From the NCBI GenBank assembly GCA_963729605.1, contig CAVSNY010000002.1, forward strand, positions 96,001 through 160,000: DNA of 64,000 bases. Reading direction: 5' to 3'. Position numbers and translations under genes: made by a program. Shown here in pieces: positions 44,767-54,268 of the stretch. Positions within the stretch are counted from its first letter, which is position 1; the number at the start of each line of letters is the position of its first letter. The notes under the pieces were generated by a model that was not told the origin of the DNA, ran no database searches, and saw only the letters and a program-made list of their open reading frames with translations. Source of the stretch: an uncultured Gammaproteobacteria bacterium. Its GTDB lineage: Bacteria > Pseudomonadota > Gammaproteobacteria > DRLM01.

Positions 44767-45266
44767 GGGCGGGGCTCCGCGGGCCGTGGCGCATCGCCGA
44801 TGGAAATCTCGGGGAACAACTCCGCTTGTATCACTTCGCCTGCTTGCAGTACGGCGATGGAACGGGTGGCGTCCATCGCTTGAATGAGGACTTCATAAGG
44901 CGTGTTGTCTTCGGCGAGCAGGGTCGCGTCCAGTTTGTCGGGGAACCGCGCCTTGAGTTGCTGCAAGACTTCGCCGAGGAGTTTGAAATTATGGCGGCCG
45001 TTTTCGTTGTCGATGCGGCGGATCAGGCCGCCGCGGCGGTCCGCGACTTCCAGTGTGTCTTTGCGGATGACGATCTCCAATTGCAATGCCTTGCTCGGAT
45101 CGTCGGCGCTTTCCACCGCCGGCGGAATGTTGAGTTCCAGGATGCTGATATGGGAAAACACCGCGGTGATCAGCAAAAACGGCACCAGCGCCACCATTAG
45201 ATTCAGAAAGGCGGTGATATCCAGGTCGGGAGGAACCCGGGGATGGCGGTGGAAGCGGGCCCTCAT
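44763..45266 (-). CDS. ExbD/TolR-family protein (AglQ-like)
   Basis: LDITAFLNLMVALVPFLL TM; TPYEVLIQAMD; LFPEISIG. Confidence 0.85.
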   Translation of the reverse strand: MRARFHRHPRVPPDLDITAFLNLMVALVPFLLITAVFSHISILELNIPPAVESADDPSKALQLEIVIRKDTLEVADRRGGLIRRIDNENGRHNFKLLGEVLQQLKARFPDKLDATLLAEDNTPYEVLIQAMDATRSIAVLQAGEVIQAELFPEISIGDAPRPAEPRP

Positions 45267-45916
45267 TCCGGTGCGCCGTCCTTGTGGCGCTGTTCGCCGA
45301 TGATGTTAAGGAATTTCACCGCGGCCATTTCCAGGCTATCCACCAGTTCGGTGGTCTTGGTTTGCAGAAAGGCATAGGCCAGCAAGAGCGGGATGGCGAC
45401 GATGAGTCCCAGCGCGGTGGTGTTCATCGCCACCGAAATACTCGACGACAACAATTCCGCCTTCTGCGCCGGGTCGGCGCTGGCCACCGCGGTGAAGGCC
45501 TGGATCAAGCCGATGATGGTGCCGAGCAGGCCGAGCAGGGTGGCGATATTGGCGAAGGTGGCAAGATAGTGGGTGCGTTTTTCCAGGCGCGGCACCATTT
45601 CCATCATGCCTTCTTCCATGGCGGTTTCGATGTCGTCGCGTTGGCGCGCCGAGGTGAGCCGCGACAGGCCGTAGGCGAGGATTTTTCCCATGGCGGCGTT
45701 GGATTCGGTGGCGAGGGTCATGGCCTCGCGGTATTTGCCGGCGGCGATGAGCGGCAGCACGCCGTCCCACACCCGCAGGTTCAAGCGCCGGCTGTTGCTC
45801 AAATACAAAAAGCGTTCGATGGCGATGGCGAGGCCGATGGCGAGTACGATCAGGATGGGATACATGAAGGCGCCGCCTTCTTGTATGAATCGTACGATGG
45901 TGTTGAAACTGTCCAT
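45263..45916 (-). CDS. MotA/TolQ/ExbB proton-channel protein (AglR-like)
   Basis: IAIERF, ATLLGLLGTIIGLI, ISVAMNTTALGLIVAIP. Confidence 0.92.
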   Translation of the reverse strand: MDSFNTIVRFIQEGGAFMYPILIVLAIGLAIAIERFLYLSNSRRLNLRVWDGVLPLIAAGKYREAMTLATESNAAMGKILAYGLSRLTSARQRDDIETAMEEGMMEMVPRLEKRTHYLATFANIATLLGLLGTIIGLIQAFTAVASADPAQKAELLSSSISVAMNTTALGLIVAIPLLLAYAFLQTKTTELVDSLEMAAVKFLNIIGEQRHKDGAPE

Positions 45917-46267
45917 TCGAATCTCCTTGGGTCTTTATGTGCCAGTCAGCCGCCGCGCCGCGGGCCGGGCGGCGGCGTGCCATGCTAAATCCGGTCTGAA
46001 TGATGTCACTATTAACGGCCCTGGCCGGTGCTTCTTGATCGGAGCACTGCGCATTGCGAGCCATCCCGACATTTTGAACATTTTGAAATAGGGCTCCCGA
46101 ACCTACCGATACATTTTGCGCCTTGCCGCGGGCTTTCCCCGCCGTCAGCCGCTCGCCGAATCGCGATGGGGCCTTCAGGGCGGGCCGCGGTCGCCGGCCA
46201 ATAAGGCGTCGTCATGGGCGATCCCGCCCGCCGAATTCTCACCGCCTATTGCGAGATAGCGTGTACA

Positions 46268-46558
46268 TCACTTGCCGTTTTTAACGGGAGGGACGAAGTT
46301 ATGCAATCGTTCCACCTGCTGCGTCTTCAATTCATATACTGCGCGATCGATCGGCGCCAGCGGTTCATCCACCAAACGTTCCAGCGGCCAGTCCGGTATG
46401 GCGACATCGACGTCGCGCCAGGGAATGACGAAGGTGACCTTGGGCAGTTCGCGGTTGCCGAGGATGGTGGTGCGGTCCAATTCCAGGCGTTCTTCCGCGT
46501 GCGCCGGCGAGGTCAGCAGCGCGGCGCCCAATAGTAGCATGAGTAAGGCGTGCTTCAT
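46268..46558 (-). CDS. Small exported protein (GltF-like)
   Basis: Signal peptide plus ILGNRELPKVTFVIPW..LAPIDR motif; located between the TPR gene and aglR-like gene. Confidence 0.65.
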   Translation of the reverse strand: MKHALLMLLLGAALLTSPAHAEERLELDRTTILGNRELPKVTFVIPWRDVDVAIPDWPLERLVDEPLAPIDRAVYELKTQQVERLHNFVPPVKNGK

Positions 46559-47232
46559 GGCGAGGGTTGCTCCGTCGTTGAGCCGCTGTTGATGCGTTGC
46601 TGCAAATCCGCCAGCCAGCCCGCGAGCCGTTCATCGTCGGCGCCGTGTAATTGCTGGTAGCGCTGATAATGTTCGCGCGCCTTCAGTAGATCGCCTAGAT
46701 ATAAATCGTAGAGCATGGCCAGATTCAAATGCGCGTAGGCGTGATCGGGGCGGGCGGCGAGGGCCGCCTCGTATTCGGCGCGGGCGTCGTTGAATTTTCC
46801 TTGCTGGCGATAAAGGATGCCGAGGTAGTTGTGCGCGACGTAGTCTTTGCCGTTGATCGCGATCGCCTGTTTGAAAAACTGTTCGGCTTCCGCCGGCTGG
46901 CCGCGGCGAAAATACAAGATACCGAGATTGGTGCGGGGGCTCGCCAGTTGCGGATGGTCGTCGGCCAGCGCCTTGAACAACGTTTCGGCCTGTTGCTCCT
47001 GCCGGTCGTTCAGCGCGGCGATGGCTTGCTGGAGTTGCAGTTCGGCGGCGCTGGGCGGCGCCGGTTCTACCGGCGCGGCGGCGGGTGCATCGGTCTCGGC
47101 GGCGGGTGCGTTGACCACGCTTTCCACCGGCGGCGTAACGGGTTTGGGCGCGGGTGCGGCGCAACCGGCCAGCAGTGCGAGCAACAGCGCGGCGCCATGC
47201 AGGCTGGACGGTTTGTTAATAAAGCGTGTCAA
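46555..47232 (-). CDS. TPR lipoprotein (GltE/AglT-like)
   Basis: Lipobox LLAGC; TPRs (NLGILY, HNYLGILYR, HLNLAMLYDLYLG). Confidence 0.8.
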   Translation of the reverse strand: MTRFINKPSSLHGAALLLALLAGCAAPAPKPVTPPVESVVNAPAAETDAPAAAPVEPAPPSAAELQLQQAIAALNDRQEQQAETLFKALADDHPQLASPRTNLGILYFRRGQPAEAEQFFKQAIAINGKDYVAHNYLGILYRQQGKFNDARAEYEAALAARPDHAYAHLNLAMLYDLYLGDLLKAREHYQRYQQLHGADDERLAGWLADLQQRINSGSTTEQPSP

Positions 47233-50200
47233 GGTACGCCTCCCCCTGTTCCACTTTGGAATAACGCACGGGCAGCAGTTTGCTCAGCGCCGCGAAACTT
47301 TTCTGCACCCACTCGTCGTAAATATTCTCCGCGCTGCGGCGGGCGTTGGCTTCGTACAAGGCGATGGCCTCTTCCTCGAAAGGATAGGCCTGTTCCTCGA
47401 GCAGGACGTTGTATTGTTCGAGTTCTAGTTCACTCAAACCGGCGGGCCGTTCGGAATCGAGCAGGGCGGCGCCGAATTCGGCGTAAATCTCCGCGGTGTG
47501 ATGGGTGGCGGCGGTGGTGACGCCGGCCACGCCGTAATCGGCGGCCTGGCGATAGGCTTGCAACGCGTCTTCCATGGCCTTTTTCTTCAATTTCAGGCTG
47601 GCCTCCAGCGGCCGGGTGAGTTTGGCGCGCGCGAAGTCGTCGTAGCGGGTTTGCGCCAAGTTGAGCGCGGCATGGGCGGCGAGGAAACGAGTACGGTCGC
47701 TGCGCGCCGCGCCGCCCTTTTGTTCGGCGGCGACCAGTTGCGCCAGCCACCGCTGCCGTTGGTCGGCGTCGCCGCGCTGCGCGTACAGGTCGGCGATGCG
47801 CTGATGGGCCTCCACCGCGTCGTCCAGCGGTTGCGGATATTGCCGCACGTAGTCTTGGAAAATCCGTAGCGCGTCCTGCGGCCGTTCGGAGCGCGCGTAC
47901 AACTCCGCCGATTGCCACAAGGCGTCGCGCTTGAGTTCGGGATCGTCGCCTTGGGCGGCGAGTTTTTCCAGTTCGCCGGCCGCGAGTCCCCAGTCGCGGT
48001 TGTTTTGATAGGCCACCGCCAGCTTCGCGCCCAGGTCTTTTTGCAGGGGATGGGCCGGGTAGTCTTTGCGGAAACGTTCCAGTACCGCGATAGCGGCCGG
48101 CCAGTCTTCCAAGATCAGCAATTGCGCGGCGGCGTCGTAGTCGGCGTTGACGCGGCTGGGCGCGCCGGGCGCGCGTTGTCCCACCCGCAGGAAGTGTTGC
48201 GCCGCGGCGCGGTGCTCGCCGTTTTGCGCGGCCTGTTCGCCTTGTTTGTAAATGGCGGCGGCCAAACGTTCCTCCGCGTCGCGGTGATTGCCGCCGGTCT
48301 GAACGGCGAGGGTCAGCACTTCTTGATAACTCGTTTCGGCGGCGGCGTAGCGCTGCGTCTCGAATTCGCTGTAGGCGACGATGCGCCACGCGCCCAGACG
48401 GTATTCGGGCGGGGGCGGCGGCGTGCGCGCGATGATGTCGCGGGCGATTTTTTCGGCGCCGGGCAAATCCTGTCCGCTGAATAAAATCTGCGCCGCCTGG
48501 ATTTGGGTCGCCAGCGCGCGCGGGTCGGCGGGATACTCGGCGGTGAAATTCAGCAGGGCGGCGATGGTGCGTTGCCGCGCGGCGTCGCGTTCGGCGCCGC
48601 TCAGGTTCGCCTCGAATTTTTCGTGGGCGATGATCGCCGCGTAGGCGGCCTCGGCGCGTTTGGGATAAGCGGGATAGTCGGCGGCCACCCGCTGGTATTC
48701 GCGGATGGCGTCTTCATAAGCGCGGTTTTCGAAGAGCGACTCGGCCAGCAGGAAATGGGTTTCCGCGGCGGCGGGGTCGGCGGGGAAATCGTGCAGGAAG
48801 CGGCGATACCAGACTTCGGCGGCGCGGTAATCCTCGGCTTGCCCGCTGCGCTGGGCGCGGGCGTGATGATAGTGGGCGAGGTCCTGGATATAGCCGCGCA
48901 CTTGTTCGATGGTGGCGGTGCGTTCCAGCGCCGGATTGCTGGCCCAATAGGCGCTGTCCGCGGCATAGCGGTTCACGAATTCTTCCTTGTTGGCGAGGAC
49001 CCGGCTGGTGAAGCCGCCCTGTTCATACACGCTCAGCACATGGGCCTGGAATAGCGGCGCGCGCGGATCGTCCGGGTGCCGTTCGATGAAGGCGCGGTAG
49101 GCGCCGGCGGCGTCTTCGATGCGCTCCTGTTCCAAGTAAAGTTCGGCCAGCGCCGCGTAGAGGCGATGTTCGTAGGGGCGCGGCCCGGTCTGGGAGAAAT
49201 AGCGGGCGAGGGACTGCGTGCCGTTGAGTTGCGACAAACTCAAACTGACGACGCGCAGCACGTCGTTGACCATCTCGGCGTCGCCGCGGCTGAGGGCCGG
49301 ATCGGCGTTGACCGGCGCGGCGGCCTCCTCCTTGAATTTGCGTTCGAGCAGCGTGAGGAAGGATTCCAAGGCGAGGTTGTGGCGGTTTTCCTTGTAGAGA
49401 GACCAGCCGTGTTTGTAGAGGGCCTTTTCGTAATAGGGCGAGTTCGCGCCCAGCACCACCACGGCGCCGTAAGCCTGGGCCGCCTGCTCGGGCAGGCCCA
49501 GCGCGAACAGCAATTCGCCGCGGCGGAATTGTACCTCGTCGGCATAGGGGCTGGCCGGATATTCGCGGGCCAGGCGGTCGAGGGTGTCGAGCAGCGCGTC
49601 GGTTTCGCCGGCGTTGTAATAGACATTGGCCAACTGGTAGAGCACCCGGTCATTGTCGGGTTTGCCGGGGTAGGCGTGCAGCAAATGATTGTAGGCGGTG
49701 ATGGTGCCTTGGTAGAGCTGGTTCACCGCGGCGGCGGTGGCCTGCTCATTCGAGCCGGCCTTGGCCATCAGTTCGGTGTAACGGCCTTCCGCCTTGAGCA
49801 TCTCCAAATAGGCCAGGCGCTGCATGGCCTCGCGGCGGTGCGGCAGGGTGTTGCCGCCGTTGACGAAGTCGCGATAGGCGGCGATAGCCCGGTCGTAGTC
49901 GGCGGTTTTTTTATCGCCGCCGGTCGCCAGCCGGTCATAGGCCTGGGCGAGGCCCAGGCGGGCTTGGGCGAGATAGGCGGCGAGATTTTGTTTGTGCGTT
50001 TGCACCGCGCGGGTCAGGAGGGTGTGTAAATAATCGCGGTGCTGGGCCGCCAGCCGTTCGCTCTCCGCCAGCAACCGGGTCTGGCGGACGCGCATTTGGT
50101 TGAGGGCGTCGCTTTGGCCGCTGAAGTTATTCTTGGCCCGCTCGCTGATTTGGCGGAGCAGGTCCTGCATGCGCGCCGCGTCGGCCAATACCTTGTCGAG

Positions 50201-51826
50201 TTCGATGAAGGCCTTTTTGGCCTCCCACAGGCGGATGGGATAGGCCTTGCTCAAGTCGTTCAGCAGCAGGCCGCGCAGCAGGAGGTATTTGTCGTTCAAG
50301 TCCTGGTGTTCGGCCAGGATGTCTTTGTTGCGCTCCAAGCGTTGCTCGAAGCGGTGGAGGATGGCGAGCTGGCGTTTCTCCTTGCTATTGGCCAGCGCGG
50401 TGACGTCGCCGTCGTTTTCGGCGCGTTTCAATTCTTCTTGCAGGGCTTGGCCTTCGCTGAGCACGCCGGAGCGTTCGAGATTTTTTCGGTATTCGGTGAT
50501 CTTGGGCAGCAGGCGGTCATGATGGGCGCGTTGCGCGTTGAGCAGGCTCGCATAGGCCTCGATGTCGGCGCCGGCGGTGCGCATGGCGTTTTGCAGGTAA
50601 AGCAGGTTGCGATAATTTTTGAAGGTCTCCTGAAAGTCGTGGCGGCTGGAGGCTTCCGTGAAATAAATGCTGGCGGGATGATCCGGCAGGCTGTCGGGCC
50701 GCCAGGTCCAGCCGGCTTCTTCCCCGCCCGCGCTGGCGGCGAACAAGGCCGCGAAGTAGCTGCCGTCGCCGATGGCCGCCGCCGCGTCATCGAGCCGGCG
50801 CTGTTCGGTTTCATAGTCGCGCAGGGCTTGTTCATAGGCGGCGATCGCCGCGGGATATTCCTGCAACTGATAATGGGCGCGCGCCGCGCCGAGCGCGCCT
50901 TCCTGCGCCACCGCGCCGCGGCCGCCGCGTTGCGCCAGCGTCGTCCAGTTCTCCGCCGCCGCGCGGTAGTCGCCGCGCAGGTAATCGGCCCAGCCCGCGC
51001 CGAGCAGGGCCGGGTCGCTTTCGGCGCGGGCGAGGGCGGCGCATATCGAGGACAGGTTCGCGCACTGCACGGGGTCGCCGCTGATCCGCGCGAAGACCGC
51101 GCGGGCGCGCTCGAACTGGTTTTGTTTGAGGAAGTAATAACCCAGTTTTATATTGACGAGGTTGCGCAGGCTTTGGCCGCGGGACGTGTACGGCGCGCTT
51201 TGCGCCAGTTGTTCCAAGATCGCGAGACCTTCCGGCGCGCGGCGCGCGTCCAGCAGGGCGACGCCCAGATTGTAGCGGCCGAAGTCGCTCCATTCGTCCT
51301 GGCCTTGCAGGGTCTTGGCCGCCGCGATGGCTTCCTGATAACGCTTGCGCGCCAGCAGCAGGGTCGCGAGTTGGTAATCCCGTTCGCTTTGGATGGCGCC
51401 GGGCGTGAGGTCTTTAAGATTGGCGAGGGCGGCTTCCGCCTCGACCAGGTAACCGCGTTGGGCGAGCTGGCGGGCGAGGGTGAGCCAGGCGTCTTGACGG
51501 ATCGCAACGCCTTTGGCGCCGAGCTCGCGCAATAATTCGCCGGCCGCCTCGGGCAGGCCCAGGGCGAGATAGAGATCGGCGAGGGTGTGGGTGGCCTGGT
51601 CGGCGCGCGCGGCGATTTCCGGGAGGCGTTGCGCCTTTCGCAATTCGCCGAGGGCGGTGAAGTAGCGCCCTTGCAGGGAATAGTATTCGACCGGTCCCAA
51701 TTCGAGGTCGCTGACCGCCCGCGCGCGTGCCGCGTCCAGCGTTTCCGCGGCGTGCGGCGCCGTCGCCACGAAGGTCGACAGCGCGGCCGCGAGGCATCCG
51801 ATGAATAATGAACTGCGCGCTGCCAT
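47216..51826 (-). CDS. Very large exported TPR/coiled-coil protein (GltD/AgmU-like, probable two-gene fusion)
   Basis: Signal peptide, many TPRs, central coiled coil, EVQFRRGELLF, YKHGWS, C-terminal LDSERP..LEEQAYPFEE..WVQKS..PVRY. Confidence 0.8.
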   Translation of the reverse strand: MAARSSLFIGCLAAALSTFVATAPHAAETLDAARARAVSDLELGPVEYYSLQGRYFTALGELRKAQRLPEIAARADQATHTLADLYLALGLPEAAGELLRELGAKGVAIRQDAWLTLARQLAQRGYLVEAEAALANLKDLTPGAIQSERDYQLATLLLARKRYQEAIAAAKTLQGQDEWSDFGRYNLGVALLDARRAPEGLAILEQLAQSAPYTSRGQSLRNLVNIKLGYYFLKQNQFERARAVFARISGDPVQCANLSSICAALARAESDPALLGAGWADYLRGDYRAAAENWTTLAQRGGRGAVAQEGALGAARAHYQLQEYPAAIAAYEQALRDYETEQRRLDDAAAAIGDGSYFAALFAASAGGEEAGWTWRPDSLPDHPASIYFTEASSRHDFQETFKNYRNLLYLQNAMRTAGADIEAYASLLNAQRAHHDRLLPKITEYRKNLERSGVLSEGQALQEELKRAENDGDVTALANSKEKRQLAILHRFEQRLERNKDILAEHQDLNDKYLLLRGLLLNDLSKAYPIRLWEAKKAFIELDKVLADAARMQDLLRQISERAKNNFSGQSDALNQMRVRQTRLLAESERLAAQHRDYLHTLLTRAVQTHKQNLAAYLAQARLGLAQAYDRLATGGDKKTADYDRAIAAYRDFVNGGNTLPHRREAMQRLAYLEMLKAEGRYTELMAKAGSNEQATAAAVNQLYQGTITAYNHLLHAYPGKPDNDRVLYQLANVYYNAGETDALLDTLDRLAREYPASPYADEVQFRRGELLFALGLPEQAAQAYGAVVVLGANSPYYEKALYKHGWSLYKENRHNLALESFLTLLERKFKEEAAAPVNADPALSRGDAEMVNDVLRVVSLSLSQLNGTQSLARYFSQTGPRPYEHRLYAALAELYLEQERIEDAAGAYRAFIERHPDDPRAPLFQAHVLSVYEQGGFTSRVLANKEEFVNRYAADSAYWASNPALERTATIEQVRGYIQDLAHYHHARAQRSGQAEDYRAAEVWYRRFLHDFPADPAAAETHFLLAESLFENRAYEDAIREYQRVAADYPAYPKRAEAAYAAIIAHEKFEANLSGAERDAARQRTIAALLNFTAEYPADPRALATQIQAAQILFSGQDLPGAEKIARDIIARTPPPPPEYRLGAWRIVAYSEFETQRYAAAETSYQEVLTLAVQTGGNHRDAEERLAAAIYKQGEQAAQNGEHRAAAQHFLRVGQRAPGAPSRVNADYDAAAQLLILEDWPAAIAVLERFRKDYPAHPLQKDLGAKLAVAYQNNRDWGLAAGELEKLAAQGDDPELKRDALWQSAELYARSERPQDALRIFQDYVRQYPQPLDDAVEAHQRIADLYAQRGDADQRQRWLAQLVAAEQKGGAARSDRTRFLAAHAALNLAQTRYDDFARAKLTRPLEASLKLKKKAMEDALQAYRQAADYGVAGVTTAATHHTAEIYAEFGAALLDSERPAGLSELELEQYNVLLEEQAYPFEEEAIALYEANARRSAENIYDEWVQKSFAALSKLLPVRYSKVEQGEAYLDTLY

Positions 51827-51840
51827 GGCGGGGATCGGGC

Positions 51841-52374
51841 CTAATACTCCTTGATGGCCAGGGGACGGTCTTTGTTCGCCGGGCTGAGCTTGATTTCGAG
51901 GTATTTCGCGGTCAGGTCTTTTTCGAAGTTGCTGTTGAAGCTGTAATTGCGGTCCTTGCCGATGACGGTCACGCTGAGCTTGTGGTGACCCACCGCGACG
52001 TTGCCTTCATAGAGGCGCTGCACGCCGCCGCGGCGCAGGGCGTCCTGTTCCCTTTCTGTGTACAGGTAATTCACCACCGTGCGGTTGTCCAGTTGCAGTT
52101 GCACGGAGTCGATCGGCGTATTGTCCCGGTCGTCGAGGGAGAGGAAGATGTTCACCTTGGTGGTGGTGGGCGACAACAGGTCGTCTTGCAGGCGGAGCAA
52201 ATCCTGTTGCAGGTCGAGCATGTCTTTGCTGAGCGATTTCACCCGCTCCTCCAGGCTGCGGAAGTCCGGGTCCGGCTGGATGGTGAAGCGGTCGGGAATG
52301 TTGCCGTCGCCCAGCACTATGCCCGGCAACAAGGCCAGCAAAAAGCCGATGATTCGTCGTGTCAGCATGGTCAC
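51841..52374 (-). CDS. Conserved exported protein of Agl/Glt-like clusters
   Basis: Signal peptide, coiled coil, FLSLD..DSVQLQLD..YLYTEREQDALRRGGVQRLY. Confidence 0.7.
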   Translation of the reverse strand: MTMLTRRIIGFLLALLPGIVLGDGNIPDRFTIQPDPDFRSLEERVKSLSKDMLDLQQDLLRLQDDLLSPTTTKVNIFLSLDDRDNTPIDSVQLQLDNRTVVNYLYTEREQDALRRGGVQRLYEGNVAVGHHKLSVTVIGKDRNYSFNSNFEKDLTAKYLEIKLSPANKDRPLAIKEY

Positions 52375-52599
52375 CCCATTGGATCGTTTTTTACTCTACC
52401 CCCCGCTCCGTCCGCTCCCTATGTCGGGGCGGGAACCCGGGGGAATTTCGTCTTGATAATCGACATAACCGGCTTCTCGGTACCGCGTTGCGCTCGCCTC
52501 GCCGGCCCGATCCGCGCACAGGAGCGGATTTGTTCGGGCCGGAAGATGGGCGCGTTACGCGGAACGGCGGTGATGAGGCGCAGGCGTGCCGCCGGTTAC

Positions 52600-53157
52600 T
52601 TATTGCCACTCACTCAATAATTGACGCAGCTCTTTTTCATACTCCGCCTCGTCCGTATCGCGATAACCTTTATGAAGGAAGCGCTGTTTGCCATCTTTAT
52701 CGACCAGCACCAGGGCCGGCATAAGGTCGATCTGGTAACGCGGCGCGATCATCTTGTCGCGGTCGATGAGGATGGGAAAATCGAGACGCAGACCGGCGGC
52801 GGTGGCCTTGGCCTGGCCCAGATCGAGGTCGGTGGCCAGGGCGAAGACGCGCAAGCCTTGATCGGCGTAGCGCTGGTGCAAGGCATTCAAGGCGTGCAGT
52901 TGTTGTTCGCAGGCGCGGCAGCGGTTTTTCAGGAAGGCCAGCATCACCACCTGGCCGCGGTATTCCGCCAGGCGCAGGTTGTCGCCTTGGATGCTTTTCA
53001 GGGTGAAGTCCGGCGCGGGCGGAGTTCCCGGGAGCGGGGCGGCGGCCAGGCCCGGCGCGACGATCAATAGCAATAACACTACCCCGGCGCCCCACATGCT
53101 CAGCGGGGAGGGTGCGGTGCGCGGATGTGAGTGTCCTGCTGCTGGATTCATCGTCAT
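52600..53157 (-). CDS. TlpA/redoxin-family periplasmic thioredoxin-like protein
   Basis: APDFTLKS, RGQVVML, CRAC (CxxC), MPALVLVDKDG. Confidence 0.85.
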   Translation of the reverse strand: MTMNPAAGHSHPRTAPSPLSMWGAGVVLLLLIVAPGLAAAPLPGTPPAPDFTLKSIQGDNLRLAEYRGQVVMLAFLKNRCRACEQQLHALNALHQRYADQGLRVFALATDLDLGQAKATAAGLRLDFPILIDRDKMIAPRYQIDLMPALVLVDKDGKQRFLHKGYRDTDEAEYEKELRQLLSEWQ

Positions 53158-53356
53158 TTAGACTGTGGGGTTTGAATCAATTTTTCGCGCGGAGCGGTAG
53201 GCGGCGCGAGTTCGCTGGTTGCAGGCGAAGGCCCGATGCGGTGGCTAAGGATAACACCAAATTCGGAACGGGCGTAAGCGCGGCGCGCCATCCGCCGCGC
53301 GAGCGCGTGTTATGATGCGGATTCGCTTAAATCAGCCCCAAGGTTGATTATCCATC

Positions 53357-54130
53357 GTGATCGCATCTACTTCATCGCCGCGTTTCCCCCGCGATTACAC
53401 CGTCCCCACGGTGGCCTTGCTCTTGCTCGCCGCGCTGTTGTCGTCGGGCGGCAACATGCCGGTGTTTCTATTTTTCAATCAGCCGGCCTCGCCCGCCGTC
53501 GCCGCGCTGTGGGCGCATTGGACGGTGCTGGGCGATGCCCTGTTGTTGATGGTGTTGACGCTGGTCTTCGTGGGCCGTCGGCCCGACGTGGTGTGGGCGG
53601 TGTGGATCGCCGCCATCGTCACTACCTTGGCGGTACATGGTTTGAAGCTCTGGCTGGCCGTGCCGCGCCCGCCCGCCCTGCTGGACCCGGCGCACTTGCA
53701 GGTGGTGGGTCAGGTGTTGCGCGGCGAATCGTTTCCTTCCGGGCATACCACGGCGGCCTTCGCCTTCGCGGGAGTGCTGATCTTGAGCCTGCGCCGGGTC
53801 TGGGTGACGGTCTTGCTGTTGAGTGTGGCGCTGGGTGTGGGTATATCGCGGATGGCGGTGGGCGCGCATTGGCCGGTGGATGTGCTGACCGGTGCGGCAC
53901 TGGGTTGGTTGGGTGCATGCGCCGCCATGGTCTTGACGCAACGCTGGGCCTGGGGCCTGTCGCTGACGGCGCAGCGCATCATGGCGGCACTCTTGGTGAC
54001 GGCCGCGCTGGTGATGTTATGGGGGCATGACAGCGGTTATCCTCAGACCGCGATCATGCAGCGGGCACTGGCCCTGGTGGCCTTGGCGGCGGGTACGCCC
54101 GGCCTGATCCGCTTGGCGCGGGGCCGGTGA
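53357..54130 (+). CDS. PAP2-family membrane phosphatase
   Basis: K..RP, SFPSGH, SRMAVGAHWPVD. Confidence 0.9.
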   Translation: MIASTSSPRFPRDYTVPTVALLLLAALLSSGGNMPVFLFFNQPASPAVAALWAHWTVLGDALLLMVLTLVFVGRRPDVVWAVWIAAIVTTLAVHGLKLWLAVPRPPALLDPAHLQVVGQVLRGESFPSGHTTAAFAFAGVLILSLRRVWVTVLLLSVALGVGISRMAVGAHWPVDVLTGAALGWLGACAAMVLTQRWAWGLSLTAQRIMAALLVTAALVMLWGHDSGYPQTAIMQRALALVALAAGTPGLIRLARGR

Positions 54131-54160
54131 GCCGCGGGCGTGCCGATTAATCTCCACCGG

Positions 54161-54244
54161 ACCGCCCAGCCGCCGGACGTGCTTTCTGCTCTATCAATCC
54201 AATCGGTCCGGAAATTTTCCTGGCGTCCTTGGCGGCTGGGCGGT
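54161..54244. repeat. 14-bp perfect inverted repeat (REP-like or terminator) between convergent genes
   Basis: ACCGCCCAGCCGCC / GGCGGCTGGGCGGT. Confidence 0.55.
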
Positions 54245-54268
54245 TTACGATTTTCTTAACGCATTAGC

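Noticed and set aside
46036-46066. GGAGCACTGCG shared with about 37098, and a possible sigma54 GG-N10-GC on the minus strand
   Set aside because: Only an 11-bp match with a weak fit to consensus; could be chance.
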